64,000 nt of DNA. Source: Pristiophorus japonicus. Lineage: Eukaryota. The notes below the pieces were generated by a model. It was not told the origin of the DNA. It saw only the letters and a program-made list of their open reading frames with translations, and made no database searches. Location: contig NC_091997.1 of assembly GCF_044704955.1 (NCBI RefSeq), positions 67,022,001 through 67,086,000 of the forward strand, in the 5' to 3' direction. The position numbers and the translations under genes were made by a program. Of the stretch, positions 47,941 through 59,018 are shown one piece after another (positions within the stretch are counted from its first letter, which is position 1; every line of letters begins with the position of its first letter).

Positions 47941-50900
47941 TTCGTTTCAACCTTGATGGTGTCCTACATTGTGGATTTTGAACTTTCACGAAGGCTTCTC
48001 AGTAATTAATAGTGAATATCCCAATCCTTTTAACTTTAGAGAATTGAGGTGTTGCTTCTAGTCCAGCCGGAATTGCTTTATTGTGGTCTCCTGGTGATGA
48101 CGGCTAGGAGGCAGTTTATGGTTGGACCGACTGATATAGTTTAAAACCTAACTGGACAGGAGGAATAAGATGTTCTCTTTGTGCTAGATACTGTTTTTTC
48201 AAATTATGTACTAGATTATTTGGAACAGAGGAGGCTGCAGGGAGACTTAATTGAGGTGTATAAAATTATGAGGGGGTCTAGATAGAGTGAATAGGAAGGA
48301 CCTGTTTCCCTTAGCAGAGGGGTCTATAACCAGGGGGCACAGATTTAAAATAATTGGGAGAAGGATTAGAGGGGAGTTGAGGAGAACTATTTTCACCCAG
48401 AGGGTGGTGGGGTTCTGGAACTCACTGCCTGAAAGGGTGGCAGAGGCAGAAACCCTCACCACATTTAAACAGTACTTGGAGGTGCACTTGAAGTGCCGTA
48501 ACCTGCAGGGCTACGGACCTAGAACTGGAAAGTGGGATTAGGCTGGATAGGTCTTTGTCGGCTGGCGTGGACATGATGAGCCGAATGGCCTCCTTCTGTG
48601 CCGTAATTCTCAATGATTTTATACTGTGTAGTAGAGTTATTTGGAACTCTGCTTTCACCCGCAGGACAGAGTGGGCAATGGTTTCCTATCTTTGAGAGTT
48701 GTTCGGCCTCCATTTACTGGTTGGCAAACTTTCTAAACATGACCCTTTATGTCAGTAACATGGATGTCACGATATAAAGCAAGAAACTGTGGCAAAATGC
48801 ATTCAACAATTCATTGAGGAGTTTTCAATGTTAATGATCATTTGAAGGAAGCTGATTTTTTAAGATGTTATGAATGAGGTGGTGCAGTATAAATAAAACG
48901 GGTCTTCCGCTCTCAAAGAAGGTTGTTTAGAATCAGGAGGATTTCGATGGAGTGGGTAAGGAGAGGCTGTTCCCAGTGGCTGAGGGGGTCACTGGTCAGA
49001 AGGCACAGATTTAAGGTGATTGGCATAGGAACCAGAGGCGACATGAGGAAAAATGTGTTTACGCAGCGAGTGGTTAGGATCTGGAATGCACTGCCTGATA
49101 AAGCTGAACATGGCAGGCCATATTGCACACAGCAAGAGATCCTTGAATTTACTAGAAAAGTTCCAAAGATGAGGGAAAAGAGTTATGTGGATAGATTAGG
49201 GAAGGTTAAGAGGCGATTTGATCGAGGTGTTTTAAATAAGAACATAAGAACATAAATAGGAGCAGGAGTTGGCCATTCCGCCCCTCGAGCCTGCTCCGCC
49301 ATTCAATACAATCATGGCTGATCCGATCATGGACTCAGCTCCACTTCCCTACCCGCTTCCCATAACCCTTTATCCCGTTATCGCTCAAAAATCTGTCTAT
49401 TGCCGCCTTAAATATATTCAATGACCCAGCCTCCACAGCTCTCTGGGGCAGAGAATTCCACAGATTTACAACCCTCTGAGAGAAGAAAATCAGGAAGGAT
49501 TTAGAAAAGAGTAAATAAAAGAGAAACTTTTATGGCTGAAGGATCGAAAAACAGAGGCACAGATTTAAGTTGATTGGCAAAAGAACCCGAGGCAACACGA
49601 GGAAAACTTATTTACACAGCGAGGGGTTAGGATTTGGAGTGCACTGCCTGATAGGGCGGTGGATACAGATTCAATAGCAGCCTTCAACAGGGAATTGGAT
49701 AAATATTTGAAGGAGAAATAATTGCAAGGATTATGGAGCAAGAGTGGGGGAGTGGGACTAACGGGTTTGCTGTTTGAAAGAGCCAGCGCAGACTCTATGA
49801 TCTACTATTGTGCAACTTAGCTCGAGCCAATTGCGCACTTTCAGCCTTTCCTCTTCTCAGAATGGAATGGTTCCCTTCTGTGGGATGTAGATGAGAAATG
49901 AAGGCGCTTCCCCCAACTGAAGTAGACAGCTTCTCTGTTAGAATCCAGCTACACAGAAGTGTGGAGGTGTTGCTCAGAGGAGCATAGCTGTCCAGTGCCA
50001 TGTCATGGGCATTTGGTTCCGTGGCTGCCCTCAGCTCCCAATCGCCTCCCTGGGGAGGCACCAATTTAGAGACCTGGAGATCCCCAACAAGCGCAGGCAG
50101 ACGGTTCAGTGGGGAATGTCACCAGCCGACACATGTGCACCTCCTGAATCGAGCCAGCTGGTGATTGCCCAGGAGCAGGCTGCACTCTCACGTGTTTAAT
50201 TCCTGGAGTGAGAGGGTTGTCCTATGAGGAGAGATTGAGTAGATTGGATCTCTGCTCTTTGGCGTTTAGAAGAATGGGAGGTGATCTAATTGAAACATGC
50301 ACGATTCTGAGGGGGATTGACAGGGTAGATGCAGAGAGGCTGTTTCCCCCGGGCTGGAGACTCTAGAACCAGGGGTCATAGTCTCAGGATAAGGGATTGG
50401 CCATTTAGGACGGAGATGAAGAGAAATTGCTTCACTCAGAGGGTGGTGAATCTTTGGAATTCTCTACCCCAGAGGGCTGTGGATGATGTGGAAAGAACAG
50501 AGGGAGTGGGACTAATGGAATCACTCTTTCAAAGAGCCAGCACAGGCACGATGGGCCGAATGGCCTCCTCCTGTGCTTATGATTCTATGATTAAAATTCA
50601 CCACACTGTACTATCTCTCAATCATTCATTCTCAGGATTTAAGAACTACTTTTGTCTCCATTTTTCGTTCCTTCCTCATCCTAACCTACAGGTTTTAAAA
50701 ATAAATTAAACTTGGTGTCATCCCACCACTAAACCAAAACGTGATTACTTCACCTCTCTTAATTTTCCAGGTTTGAAGGTGTCCGACAATATAAACCTTG
50801 TCCCTTCACTTAGCTATTCAATAGCAAAGCTTGCTGTGAGAATGAGCCTTATGTATATTCCGCTCTTTGATAAGAAGTACCCCATTATCAGGGTTACGGT

Positions 50901-51957
50901 GGTGTAGTGATTATGTTATGGGATTAATAATCTAGATTTCAAATCCCACCAAGGCAGTTTAGAAAAATTCTGTAAAAGTGACCATGAAGCTGTTGGATTG
51001 TCGTAAAAACTCAACTGGTTCACCAATGTCCCTTTAGTGGAAGGCAACTTGCCGTCCTTACCCGGTCTGGCCCTTATGTGACACCAGTCCCACACCAATA
51101 TTGGTTAACTTAATATTGGGGAGTCAAGGGTTATGGGGAACAGGCAGGGAAGTGGAGTTGAGGTCAAGATCAGATCAGCCATGATCTTATTGAATGGCGG
51201 AGCAGGCTCGAGGGGCCATATGGCCGACTCCTGCTCCTATTTCTTATGTTCTTCTGTAACTCTTGATCGCTCTCTGAAGTGGCCTAACAAGCCATTTAGT
51301 TGTATTAGGGTATAAACCTGAGACCTCTACTGCCTAGATGGACAAGGGCAGCAGGCGCATGGGAACACCACCACCTCCACGTTCCCCTCCCAGTCACACA
51401 CACCATCCCGACTTGGAAATATATCGGCCGTTCCTTCATCGTCGCTGGGTCACAATCCTGGAACTCCCTCCCTAACAGCACTGTGGGAGCACCTTCACCA
51501 CACGGACGTTTTAAAAATTAATCATTCATGGGACGTGGGCATCGCTGGCAAGGCCAGAACTTATTGCCCATCCTTAACTGCCCTTGAGCTGCCTTCTTGA
51601 ACCATTACTGGCACCAGCTTGTTAATCTGGATTTATTTAATCAAATTACCCGGCTGTTGTGGTGGGAGTTGAACTCACACCTCCAGAGCATCAGGGCCAG
51701 ACCTCGCGATTACTAATCCCGGAACACAACCACTACGCTACCATATCCGTATTGCGGCGGTTCAAGAAGGCGGCTTCTAGGGAGCAATTAGGGATGGGCA
51801 ATAAATGCCGGCCTTGGCAGCGCCTCCCATATCCCAGAATGATTTATTTTAAAAAGCCGCCCCACCTTGCAATCTGATCCTGAGAGGACCTAACATTTTA
51901 AAGCGTGGCAGGTTTACATGGAGAGAAGGCATGCCTGGCATTTGAACGCAAGACCAT

Positions 51958-51963
51958 TTTATT
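51958..51963 (-). terminator. Candidate polyadenylation signal AATAAA of the CART gene
   Basis: tttatt on the + strand about 310 nt past the stop, at the edge of unique sequence before repeats resume. Confidence 0.5.
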
Positions 51964-52269
51964 TCAAGGCAGGCAATGCTACACCCCGCAATACTGCACC
52001 AAAATGGACTGCCTTTGGACCAAAATATTGAAATCTCGAGACCAGACAGACTGCTTTAAAAAAAACTGGATAAGATATTTAATAATAGATTGAATCTTTC
52101 CAAAGGACACTGAAACACAAACAGAACAAGGTCATTGTACAGGAACGCTCTATGTAACTATGACAGAATGCAAAGCGCTAACAATATTCTTGTATTTAAA
52201 ATATGTCCACCGAATATCTTCGCTTTCTCCTCTTGGCCATTGAAAATAGCGACGATTTTTTGGGATTCT

Positions 52270-52377
52270 CTACAAGCATTTAAGCAGGAAGAAGTTGCAG
52301 CCGGCACTCCTGGGGCAGTCACAGAGCTTCCCGATTCGAGCTCCTTTTCGCACGGCACATTGTTCCCCAACATCACA
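52270..52377 (-). CDS. CARTPT: CART prepropeptide exon 3 ([35 protein letters not shown] stop)
   Basis: Acceptor ttccag|TGT; the six conserved cysteines of mature CART; TAG stop at 52272-52270. Missed by the ORF track. Confidence 0.96.
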   Translation of the reverse strand, partial: CDVGEQCAVRKGARIGKLCDCPRSAGCNFFLLKCL

Positions 52378-52812
52378 CTGGAAATACACAAAAACAAGGA
52401 CTTACTGGTGAGAGACTTCAACTTGCTCTATAGCTAGCTCCTGTCTTTAGATACATAGGATACCACAGTGTCGAACGGCACAGAAACAGACCAGCTGGCC
52501 CAACATTAGTGCTACCATCAATCACCTACCTACTGAGTCTCGTCGCCGAGAGCGTGCAGAAATCAAGCGCAGACAGCGGAAGGAGCGTGCGGCAAACCAG
52601 TCCCACCCTCCCTTTCCCTCAACGACTGTCTGTCCCACCTGTGACAGGGACTGTGGCTCTCATCTTGGACTGTTCAGCCACCTAAGGACTCATTTTTAGA
52701 GTGGAAGCAAGTCTTCCTCGATTCCGATTATGATGACCTACTGATTCCACCAACAGGAATTTCTAGGCTTGTCAACCAAATGACGTTCAAGAAATTTGAA
52801 TTAATTCCCAGG

Positions 52813-53087
52813 TGTAATGTATGCACCCATGAGTATGCTCACAGGTTTGTAGAGCTGTTAAGGTGGGAGGGGCTTAGCCAGTCACATGATGTTCACAAGA
52901 CTCAATAAAACCCCAGCCAGTTGGGTTCGGGGGATCCACGATGAGGCAGGTGGTTGTGAGCCTGGTGGATGAACTGGTAATGTGTAGTGTGATTGTTAAA
53001 CCTTTTGCTAATAAACCAACTAGTTCTTAATAGCAATGTATTGCTATGGATTCTTAAGCAAAGAACCCATGAAGCAAATACATTGCA
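52813..53087 (+). mobile_element. Full-length solo-LTR-like element copy with an empty target site
   Basis: Begins TGTAATGTAT, ends ATACATTGCA (near-perfect terminal inverted repeat); uninterrupted caggtttgtagagctg; no clear TSD. Confidence 0.75.
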
Positions 53088-54240
53088 TCTGTGGTGTTCA
53101 GTCCTGTGTTGAGAGGGTTGTCTCTATGAGGAGAGATTGAGCCTATATTCGCTGGAGTTTAGAAGAGTGAGAGGTGATCTCATTGAAACATAGAAGATTC
53201 TGAAGGGGTGGGGGGAGGAGGGGGGAGATTGACAGGGTAGATGCAGGGAGGATGTTTCCCCTGGCTGGGGAGTCTAGAACCAGGGGTCACAGTCTCAGGA
53301 TAAGGGGTCGGCCATTTAGGACTGAGATGAGGAGAAACTTCTTCACTCAGAGGATGGTGAATCTTTGAAATTCTCTGCCCCAGAGGGCTCCGGAGGCTCA
53401 GTCGTTGAGTATATTCAAGGCTGAGATCGATACATTTCTGGACACTAGGGGAATCGAGGGAAATGGGGATCGGGCGGGAAAGTGTAGCTGAGGTCGAAGG
53501 TCAGCCATGATCTTATTGAATGGCGGAGCAGGCTCGAGGGGCAGTATGGCCTACTCCTGCTCTTAATTCTTATATTCATAGTTTAAAGCTACGTATAATT
53601 GAGTAATAATTATGCAAAGAGGCTACAACAATATCAAGGTTCCTAGACAACAAAAACTTGCATTTATAGATATGCCATTAACATAATAAAACATACCAAG
53701 GTGCTTCACAGGAGTGATATCAGACAAGATTTCACCCAAAGCCAGATAGAGATATGAGGGCCAAAAGTTTGGTCAAAGAGGTAGGTTTTAAGGAGCGTCT
53801 TAAGAAGGAGGTGGAGGTAGAAATGGATATATGTGCTTCTGAAAGTGGGGGAGCATAGAGGAAACTAGATTCACAAAGTGATGCGCCCCAAGGAGCATTA
53901 ATGCCCAAAGTTGGTGTGAGGTTCCATTCTTCATCCAATAAATTGTACGACAAGAAACAATGATTTAAAATTCCTTGGTGATAAAAGCAACAATACAAAC
54001 TCACAAGTTATAGCTTGATGGTCAAATCCACACAAAATGTAGAATTATTTTAGACACAAGCCGACTAACAGGACATTGCACATTACTGACATCCAATCGA
54101 TTGCTTGAAGAACCAAGATGATTTAATCTCACCTGTGCCCCGGGACGCTATGGGTTTTAAAAAGTTGTGAAAGGTTACTGTGATAAGGTGCAGTGTGCTG
54201 TACTCAGCCTATTCGTGTGCTACTCTAGTTATTTGCTATT

Positions 54241-54355
54241 TTCTGATGAAGGGTCATCGACCTGAAACTTTAACTCTGTTTCTCTCTCCACAGATGTTGC
54301 CCAACCTGCTGAGTGTTGACAGCATTTTCTGTTTTTATTTCAGATTTCCACCACC
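54241..54355 (+). mobile_element. Penelope-like repeat fragment carrying a degenerate minimal hammerhead ribozyme core
   Basis: CTGATGA-A-GGGTC-ATC-GACCT-GAAAC at 54243-54268, followed by a tail I recognise from shark repeats. Confidence 0.55.
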
Positions 54356-57300
54356 CTCAGTATTTTTCCTTTTGAATAACAATTATCTCTTTGTTAAAAG
54401 GGAACTTGCGCCGTTAATTACTAGACTTAACTTTCCATGGGGAGTTTGGGCAATTATGTCAATCATCGCAGTACACACAAACAAATTGTGAATGAAATCT
54501 GTTTAAATATGGATTAGTGAAAGACTGAAGCACAATGAATATAAAATATAAGAAACTAGCTGCAGTAATGTACAGAGTGATGTCTGCTTGCTTAATGGAA
54601 CTTCTTGAAAGAAAGACTTGCATTTATATAGTATCTGTCCCAAAGTGCTTTACAGCCAATGAAGTACTTTTTGAAGTATCGTCACTGTTGTAATGTGGTA
54701 AATGCAGCAGCCAACTTGCACACAGCAAGCTCCCACAAACAGCAATGTGATAATGACCAGATAATCTGCTTTTAGTCATGCTGGTTGAAGGATAAGTATT
54801 GACCAGCACACCAGGGTGAACTCCTCTGCTCTATGAAATAGTGCCGCGGGATCCTGAGAGGGCAGACAAGTTCTTGGTTTAACATCTCATCTGAAAGACG
54901 GTACCTCCGACAGTGCGGCGCTCCCTCAACACTGCACGGGGGTGGGGGGTGTCAGCCTAGATATGTGCTCAAGTCTCTGGAGTAGGCCTTGAACTCACAA
55001 CTTTTTGATTCAGAGGTGAGAGTGCTATCCACTGAGCCAGAGCTGAAACAGCTTGGTTGAAGCAATGAGTAGCACAGCCACACAGTACAGATTAGAACTG
55101 GCACAAGTTTGATTCCCAGTCTGTGTTGAGTGAAGTAATGGCAGAGTTTGGGCAATAACTGGCCTCAATTCTGCTCAGTATTGGCCTCTTGATGAAAAAT
55201 ACCTGCTGGAGAACAGGCGTGATCTATCCTATCGTTTAATCGTTTGCCAATTCTCGATATAATGGGGATTGAGAGCAAAAGTGACATTCTCACACTTGCA
55301 TCATTGCAAATTTCTATTTAATTTCAAGATTGTCTATGTTCTTTATTTCTTGTCAGCTCGCAAAATGTCAACACAGATGGGGATAAGTTCTTCCAGCAGA
55401 ATAATAGCATTTTCCACCACAAGTTAATCAGATAGCGATTGGACATTTCTTCAAATCTTTTCAACAAGTGTGTGAATCAATATCTAAGAATAATGAAACC
55501 TTATTGAATGGGGTATCTGGTTTCTGACTTTGTCAGAATGAAACATCACGCTAACCTGTTCATGGCTATATCCCCATTAACAAGTTCGTAAAATGAAATA
55601 GCTATTGGAATGGGTAATTCAACACAAGACCTCATTCATAGAAACTTTTGGGAGGTACTTTGTCCAATTGAAATATTGTGCTTTATTCGGTCATTACCAA
55701 CATATGAACAATGACGGACAGGTAAAGATCCTCTGCTCCATCCAGCCCGTCCCACACAATTGCGATAGCTTGTGCATCACAACTTAGACGCGCCACCCCA
55801 CCCGAAACCATGTGATCTCCCGGGAGAGGCAAAAAGCCAGATTAAAAAACCCCCAGGCCAATTTAGGAAAAAGACATTCTGGGAAATTCTTCTCCGACCC
55901 ATCTCGGCGATCGACACTAGTCCAGGAGGTATCACGCTGACCATTAAATTCCCTGCAGTACCTACCTCCTGTAAGAGGCGATCTCCTCCGCTGCCAGAAA
56001 CCAATCGAGCTCTCGCTTGATGGAATTCAGCGAGTCTGCATCCGCCACATGAAACGACAGCTTGGTCCAGCGGTCGTCTATTCTCTGGGCAAAGAACCAC
56101 CTCCTGATGTCTAACCTAGATCTCGCCCTGTACAACTTTAATTTGTGCAGTATTTCCTTTGGTGCAATGTTTCAACAAGGTTTGCATGCAATTCTCCCAC
56201 TGACAGCTCTTAAATCCCCATGCAAGATCAGAGGATATAGAGATCAGGTCATGCTTAATGGGAAACCTCTTTATGCATGCAATGCCCCCTTTATCAAACA
56301 TAATTTTATCAAACAAAATCTTCCAGTCTCATATTCTTCCTTTAAGAAACCTCTTGGGTGAAAGAATGCGTGTTTGAAGCACTGGTGCTTAATCCTGACC
56401 CTGGTTTCTTTGCCCTGTCTAAAGTCTAAGTAGAAGATATGATGAACAGCTGCTGGTAGGAACAAAATGCACATTCTACCAGAATCAATTACAGAAGTGG
56501 TTATTTTTTCACTTGCCCAGTTGTTGCTGTCCTCCCCTGAAGACTCGAGACTTTTCGCTGTGATGTGACCATTATTCAGCTGTTAGTCTTGACCATGGAC
56601 CTCGGCTACAGGAGACGGATCCTGTCCTCATCAGAAATACACGCACCGAGAGGGGGGGGGGTCAATGCATGAGGAGCAGGAACACTGGCTGATCCTCCTC
56701 TCGCAACCCAGGGGCCACTGAAGTTCATTGTAACACCCCAGCTCGCAGACACCCGAGCATGTTTCCCTAAAAGGACAGAGTTATATAATGTCCCAATTTT
56801 GCATTATTGCAAAAGGGGGAAAATTACTGGAAAAATTAATTCATTGGCTGGAAACCCAGTCTGGGGTTTGTCTGCTGGCAATGTATAGAGAATGGAGCGT
56901 GTTGTACTGGTGCCCTTGAGTTTATTAAATTATATATTTGGATCTGTACACCTGTATATCTCTGAAGGAACTATATAGGATGCAATGGACTTTAGCATGA
57001 AACCTCACGTTTTCTAGGAGTCGAAGCATTCCCAGTCAGCAGTGGGCGATGGGTTTGGGTAGGGACAACATTATTTTGCAGCGAGGGATATGTCCCAACA
57101 ATGTCTCGTCTTTTAGTCCTCCCCTTTCCGCGGTGTTGGTCGCCCTCCTTGAAGGCGGGGGGTGTTTTAATCAAAGGATAGAGATGGGGATGGAAATTGC
57201 AAATGAATCTCTCGTAGACATCATTTAATCCCCCACCTCCTTCAATTCAGTGGGCATTTTAGAGGAAGCTAGTGACCCAGATAACGAGAAGTCAATGGAG

Positions 57301-57777
57301 AGTGATATTGGACGGGGTATAGACCCGCTCTGGCCAGCTTTGGTTCAAATGACCTCCACTTGTGTCAGACACAACCAGCTCCATAAAAAAGGCGTTTCTC
57401 TTTGTTAACCTGGGTCACCATATCACGGACTTGGAACGGTAATGGGCACTTCTCTGCCCTAACCCTTGGCCACAATACCAGTTACTGGAACAGACTAACA
57501 CAAGATTAAAAAAATAACAACCTCCAACAAAAAACAGCAGACGCTGGAAAGGACCCCCGCCCCGTCCAGCTTCTGGAAGAGAAAATTGGTTCATGTTGGC
57601 CGGCAGACACCCTGGGATTGAAAGCGTCCCACAAGAAACATGCTTTCTCCTTCAGATACTAAGCTCACCCGCTGCCCAGTTCCTATTAACAAATAAACCC
57701 AACACATTTCTGCCACAGAAGACAACACCGAGCACTTCGGAACAGAAAGCTAAAAAGAAAGAACTATTCGACTTTAC

Positions 57778-57861
57778 CAGCGGCACCTGTCCGAATTTCT
57801 TCTCCCAGGTTGGAAGCCTCTTGCTCTGTAACTTCTCCAGCACCTCCTGCAAGGCTCCGAG
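57778..57861 (-). CDS. CARTPT: CART prepropeptide exon 2 (LGALQEVLEKLQSKRLPTWEKKFGQVPL)
   Basis: Acceptor ccacag|CTC, donor CTG|gtaaag; 84 nt; KR and KK processing sites. Confidence 0.95.
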
Positions 57862-58702
57862 CTGTGGACCAGTCCAGGTGTTCCGAATAATACAAAAAAA
57901 GAGTTTGGTGAGAATATGTATCTTGCAAACAAATATTCCAAAGCATTTTTCATCTGAATTAATGTGACTATCGGCACTCAAATTCGACTATATCCCCTCC
58001 CCCAAAAAAACAATTTGGAAGACGGGACATGAAGAATAAAAGACCCAAACGGGATGCTCACTAATATTTAGCCCTGTTTTTACAAAATTGACCGGCAAGA
58101 ATGGACCAAGTGGTCCTGTCCCACACTCAGGCTACTCGTCCATCAAGACTTGCATCTCAAGTCATCTGATTCCAGCATTTCTCCTGCCATTGTTCACTTG
58201 TTTTAACTTTTACCGTGTCTTTTTTTTTAAAGAGATCTATTTCCCTTAGCAGAGGGGTCATCAACCAGGGGGGTGGGGCATCGTTTTAAAGTGATTGTGG
58301 GGAGGTTTAGAGGGGATTTGAGGGGAAATTTCTTCAGGTGGGGGTCTGGGGTGGAACTCACTGCCTGAAAGGGTGGTAGAGGCAGAAACCCTCACCACAT
58401 TTAAAAAGTGCTTGGATGTGCACTTGAAGTACCGTAACCAAAGGGCTACGGACCGAGAGCTGGAAAGTGGGATTAAGCTGAATAACTCTTTGTTGGCGCT
58501 GATACGATGGGCCGAATGGCCGCCTTCTGTGCTTGACTCTAATATAAAGTCAGGTTCACACTCTTAGCCAGACTTAAAACATTATTATCACCAAGCACCC
58601 GAAGGCTCTCCAGGCATGATCAGTAATGAATGAATCCCCTGCCAAAACTAACAACCGAAAGTTAAAAGCAAAAAAAAAGAACACACAAAAAAATGGACTG
58701 AC

Positions 58703-58846
58703 CAGTTCTTTTTCGCTGGAAGGGTATGAATCTTTCGGGTAGAAGTCTCTCAAGGCTCTGGGTTCCAGATCAGAGCTCTCGGTGCCGAGGGCCAGGGAGA
58801 GCAAGACAGAGAGGCAGCCAGCGAGCAGGAATCGACCACTGTCCAT
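58703..58846 (-). CDS. CARTPT: CART prepropeptide exon 1 (MDSGRFLLAGCLSVLLSLALGTESSDLEPRALRDFYPKDSYPSSEKEL)
   Basis: Kozak-context ATG (gcaccATGG), hydrophobic signal peptide, CART-typical PRALRDFY...EKEL, donor CTG|gtcagt; 144 nt. Which paralogue is uncertain. Confidence 0.93.
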
Positions 58847-58926
58847 GGTGCTGAAACGCCTGGGCTGATTCTGCACGGGTAGACGTGAAACGGCGCAGTG
58901 CTGAACCCTTCACTGAGTAACCCAGC

Positions 58927-59018
58927 TTTTATACAAAAGGGATTACTGATCTGCCAACATCCAGTTGCTCCTCCCAGCTGAAGGGTGGGCTCAAGAGCCT
59001 TGGCGATTGGTACATTGG
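58927..59018 (-). promoter_or_regulatory. CART core promoter: TATAAAA box plus two CCAAT boxes
   Basis: TATAAAA on the minus strand at 58933-58927, about 80 nt upstream of the ATG; CCAAT at 59010-59006 and 59018-59014. Confidence 0.65.

Noticed and set aside
58847-58876. Upstream start for CART given by the ORF track (MQNQPRRFST)
   Set aside because: It is a GTG codon; the ATG at 58846 has a strong Kozak context and begins the signal peptide.
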